A stretch of DNA of 64,000 bases from the NCBI GenBank assembly GCA_963797555.1, contig CAWCPV010000007.1, forward strand, positions 192,001 to 256,000, read 5' to 3'. Numbering within the stretch: position 1 is the stretch's first letter; each line of letters begins with the position of its first letter. Below are positions 62,445-64,000 of this stretch, piece by piece. Below the pieces are notes generated by a model. That model saw only the letters and a list, made by a program, of their open reading frames with translations, searched no databases and was not told the origin of the DNA. Source of the stretch: an uncultured Gammaproteobacteria bacterium (GTDB lineage Bacteria; Pseudomonadota; Gammaproteobacteria; CAWCPV01). Both the position numbers and the translations under genes were made by a program.

Positions 62445-62809
62445 GCGAAACCCCTTGCTCCGTGTACCATATCGAGAGACGGGCGAGCGCCCGCCGGCTG
62501 ACTTAAACGTCTGGTACGACCGGGCAGCCGGGAGGAAGTTCACGGCGGGTAGGGCAGTCAGGGCCGGGCAGCCATGCCCGGTGCAGATCTCACCGCGTCG
62601 AGAGGATCTGCTGTCGATGAGCATAGCTCTGCAGGTGTCCGGCCGCGCATGGGATTGGAGGCATGGACCGTGCCCGGTCCGCCCAATGGCGAGACCTTGC
62701 GGCGCACTGGCGCCAGCCAGCCCCCTTGAACCAACCGGTACATGGCTGATCCAACGATAAGGTTCCCCGTGACGATCTCAGACAATACATCCGCCGAGCA
62801 ACGAGCCCA

Positions 62810-63229
62810 ATGTCAAACTTGAGCCGATGGTTGTGCGTTCTCGCCGTGTTTGGGCTCATGCTCACTGCTGTGGTCCACGGCCAGACTGCGACTCTGCGCC
62901 CCCAGGTCGAAAAGCAGGATGAGGCGGAGAGGCTGAAGCTGGAGACGGATCAAAAGACCTATACGGAGTCGCTCAAGCCCTTGGCGCCACAGCAGCGGCA
63001 AGAGCTTCAGCAGCGCCTGCAGCAGCAAAAGCTCCAGCAGCGCCAGCTCCAGCAGCAGCAACTTGGGGACGAACTCTTGCTGGAACAGCGCATGAAGGCA
63101 TTGCCGGGCGCCAACGTCCGTGGGGCGGAAAGTCTCCAGATTCAGCAGTTCGAGAGGCAACAGCGCGGGCTTCAGCTCCAGCAAGAAATGCAGAGGGAGA
63201 CCTGGCCGTATCCAAGACGGTGGCAGTGA
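62810..63229 (+). CDS. Secreted Gln-rich hypothetical protein
   Basis: Signal peptide then Q-rich coiled coil. Confidence 0.65.
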   Translation: MSNLSRWLCVLAVFGLMLTAVVHGQTATLRPQVEKQDEAERLKLETDQKTYTESLKPLAPQQRQELQQRLQQQKLQQRQLQQQQLGDELLLEQRMKALPGANVRGAESLQIQQFERQQRGLQLQQEMQRETWPYPRRWQ

Positions 63230-63462
63230 AGAAAAACCGGCCCATCGGCTCGCAGCGGCCCGGATCACAACACCTCGGCGAGCGCAGGTGGCTTGGGAGG
63301 CAACGGGAGTCACCTGACCCGCCGGGCAAAGGCTGGGGCTTGCAGGCGAGCAGCGCCTCGCGAGGGCGCGATGAAACCGTGATTCGCCCGAGGAGGCGGC
63401 GCGCCTGTTGCCTATTCGAAGGTTACCGGCTGCCAGGGTAGGCGGGTGCGCGGGCCTCTGAC

Positions 63463-63476
63463 TTGATCTCAATCAA
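63463..63476 (+). promoter_or_regulatory. FNR/DNR box
   Basis: TTGATCTCAATCAA is a perfect TTGAT-N4-ATCAA, about 75 bp upstream of ATG 63550. Confidence 0.8.
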
Positions 63477-63549
63477 GGACTGACGGGGCGGCTTGCATTC
63501 TACTGAGCGCCACACGCGCTGGGCTGCGTGCTCGCGGAGGACAAGGTCC

Positions 63550-63861
63550 ATGGAGCCGGTCGCGCTGCAGGACTTCTTCGTAGCCGTCGTTTCAGCGGCC
63601 GCGGTCATTATCGCCGGCGCGGCCTATGCGCTGCTGTTCGCGGCGGGGCGGGTTTACGGCCGTCCCGGGCTCGTGCCCTTCGCCTATCTAGCCTACGTCA
63701 TGCTGGCCGTGGCGGTACTGACGCTGTCGCGCGCACTGCACTTCAGTGGGTCATGGCGGGTGCTGACTTATCTCCTGCTCTTCGGCTACCTCCTGGCACC
63801 GCACGGTATCTGGCATCTGAGCGTGGCCACCCACGGGGCGGAGACGGACGAGGCGGAATGA
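63550..63861 (+). CDS. Small membrane protein (3 TM)
   Basis: MEPVALQDFF...; hydrophobic; YLLAP..IW.L...TH. Confidence 0.7.
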   Translation: MEPVALQDFFVAVVSAAAVIIAGAAYALLFAAGRVYGRPGLVPFAYLAYVMLAVAVLTLSRALHFSGSWRVLTYLLLFGYLLAPHGIWHLSVATHGAETDEAE

Positions 63862-63916
63862 AGCAGGCAGCGCGCTCGGACCACGAACAATGACACCCGG
63901 TAAGGAGGATGCACGC

Positions 63917-64000
63917 ATGGGTGAGACCCCTTGGTGGGCGAGTATTCCCTTTTGGAGACACGTGGCCATCTGGACCACGGTGGTCATGACGGTGGTGCTC
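63917..64000 (+). CDS. 5' end of membrane-anchored protein, possibly a NorC-like cytochrome c (partial)
   Basis: AAGGAGG RBS; MGETPWWASIPFWRHVAIWTTVVMTVVL; runs off the window. Confidence 0.45.
   Translation, partial: MGETPWWASIPFWRHVAIWTTVVMTVVL

Noticed and set aside
1-64000. tRNA, rRNA or integron integrase genes
   Set aside because: None recognised by eye

Overview
GC-rich (proteobacterial-looking) accessory region with many single-base frameshifts in otherwise intact genes, most likely uncorrected long-read indels. From left to right: (1) a bufferin-type locus (DUF2282 precursor, DUF692/MNIO, DUF2063), an aquaporin and an SMP-30/gluconolactonase. (2) A mobile and defence-like island (about 4.4-23.9 kb) with group II intron remnants, an IS66-type element carrying DUF4338, miniature IS200 elements, IS4, three REP-associated tyrosine transposase (RAYT) remnants, a HEPN-like/STAND/TPR protein with an orphan alternative C-terminus, and three toxin-antitoxin pairs. 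(3) The standout feature: a fluoride riboswitch whose aptamer strand can sequester a Shine-Dalgarno, placed directly upstream of a six-gene Ni-free hydrogenase-4-like (Ehr) membrane complex followed by DUF190, a prenyltransferase-repeat protein and a HAD hydrolase, with no crcB/eriC exporter in the window. (4) A degenerate integrase-less attC cassette cluster and an IS graveyard (IS200, IS630, IS5, ISAzo13, IS3, ISL3). (5) HtrA, MEKHLA, a SIR2-NACHT-HEAT NLR-like protein with ten near-identical 96-bp repeats, duplicated DUF1772 genes, a Gld-like ABC system and an FNR-box-preceded operon start. Family assignments are from motif recognition by eye; no database searches were run.
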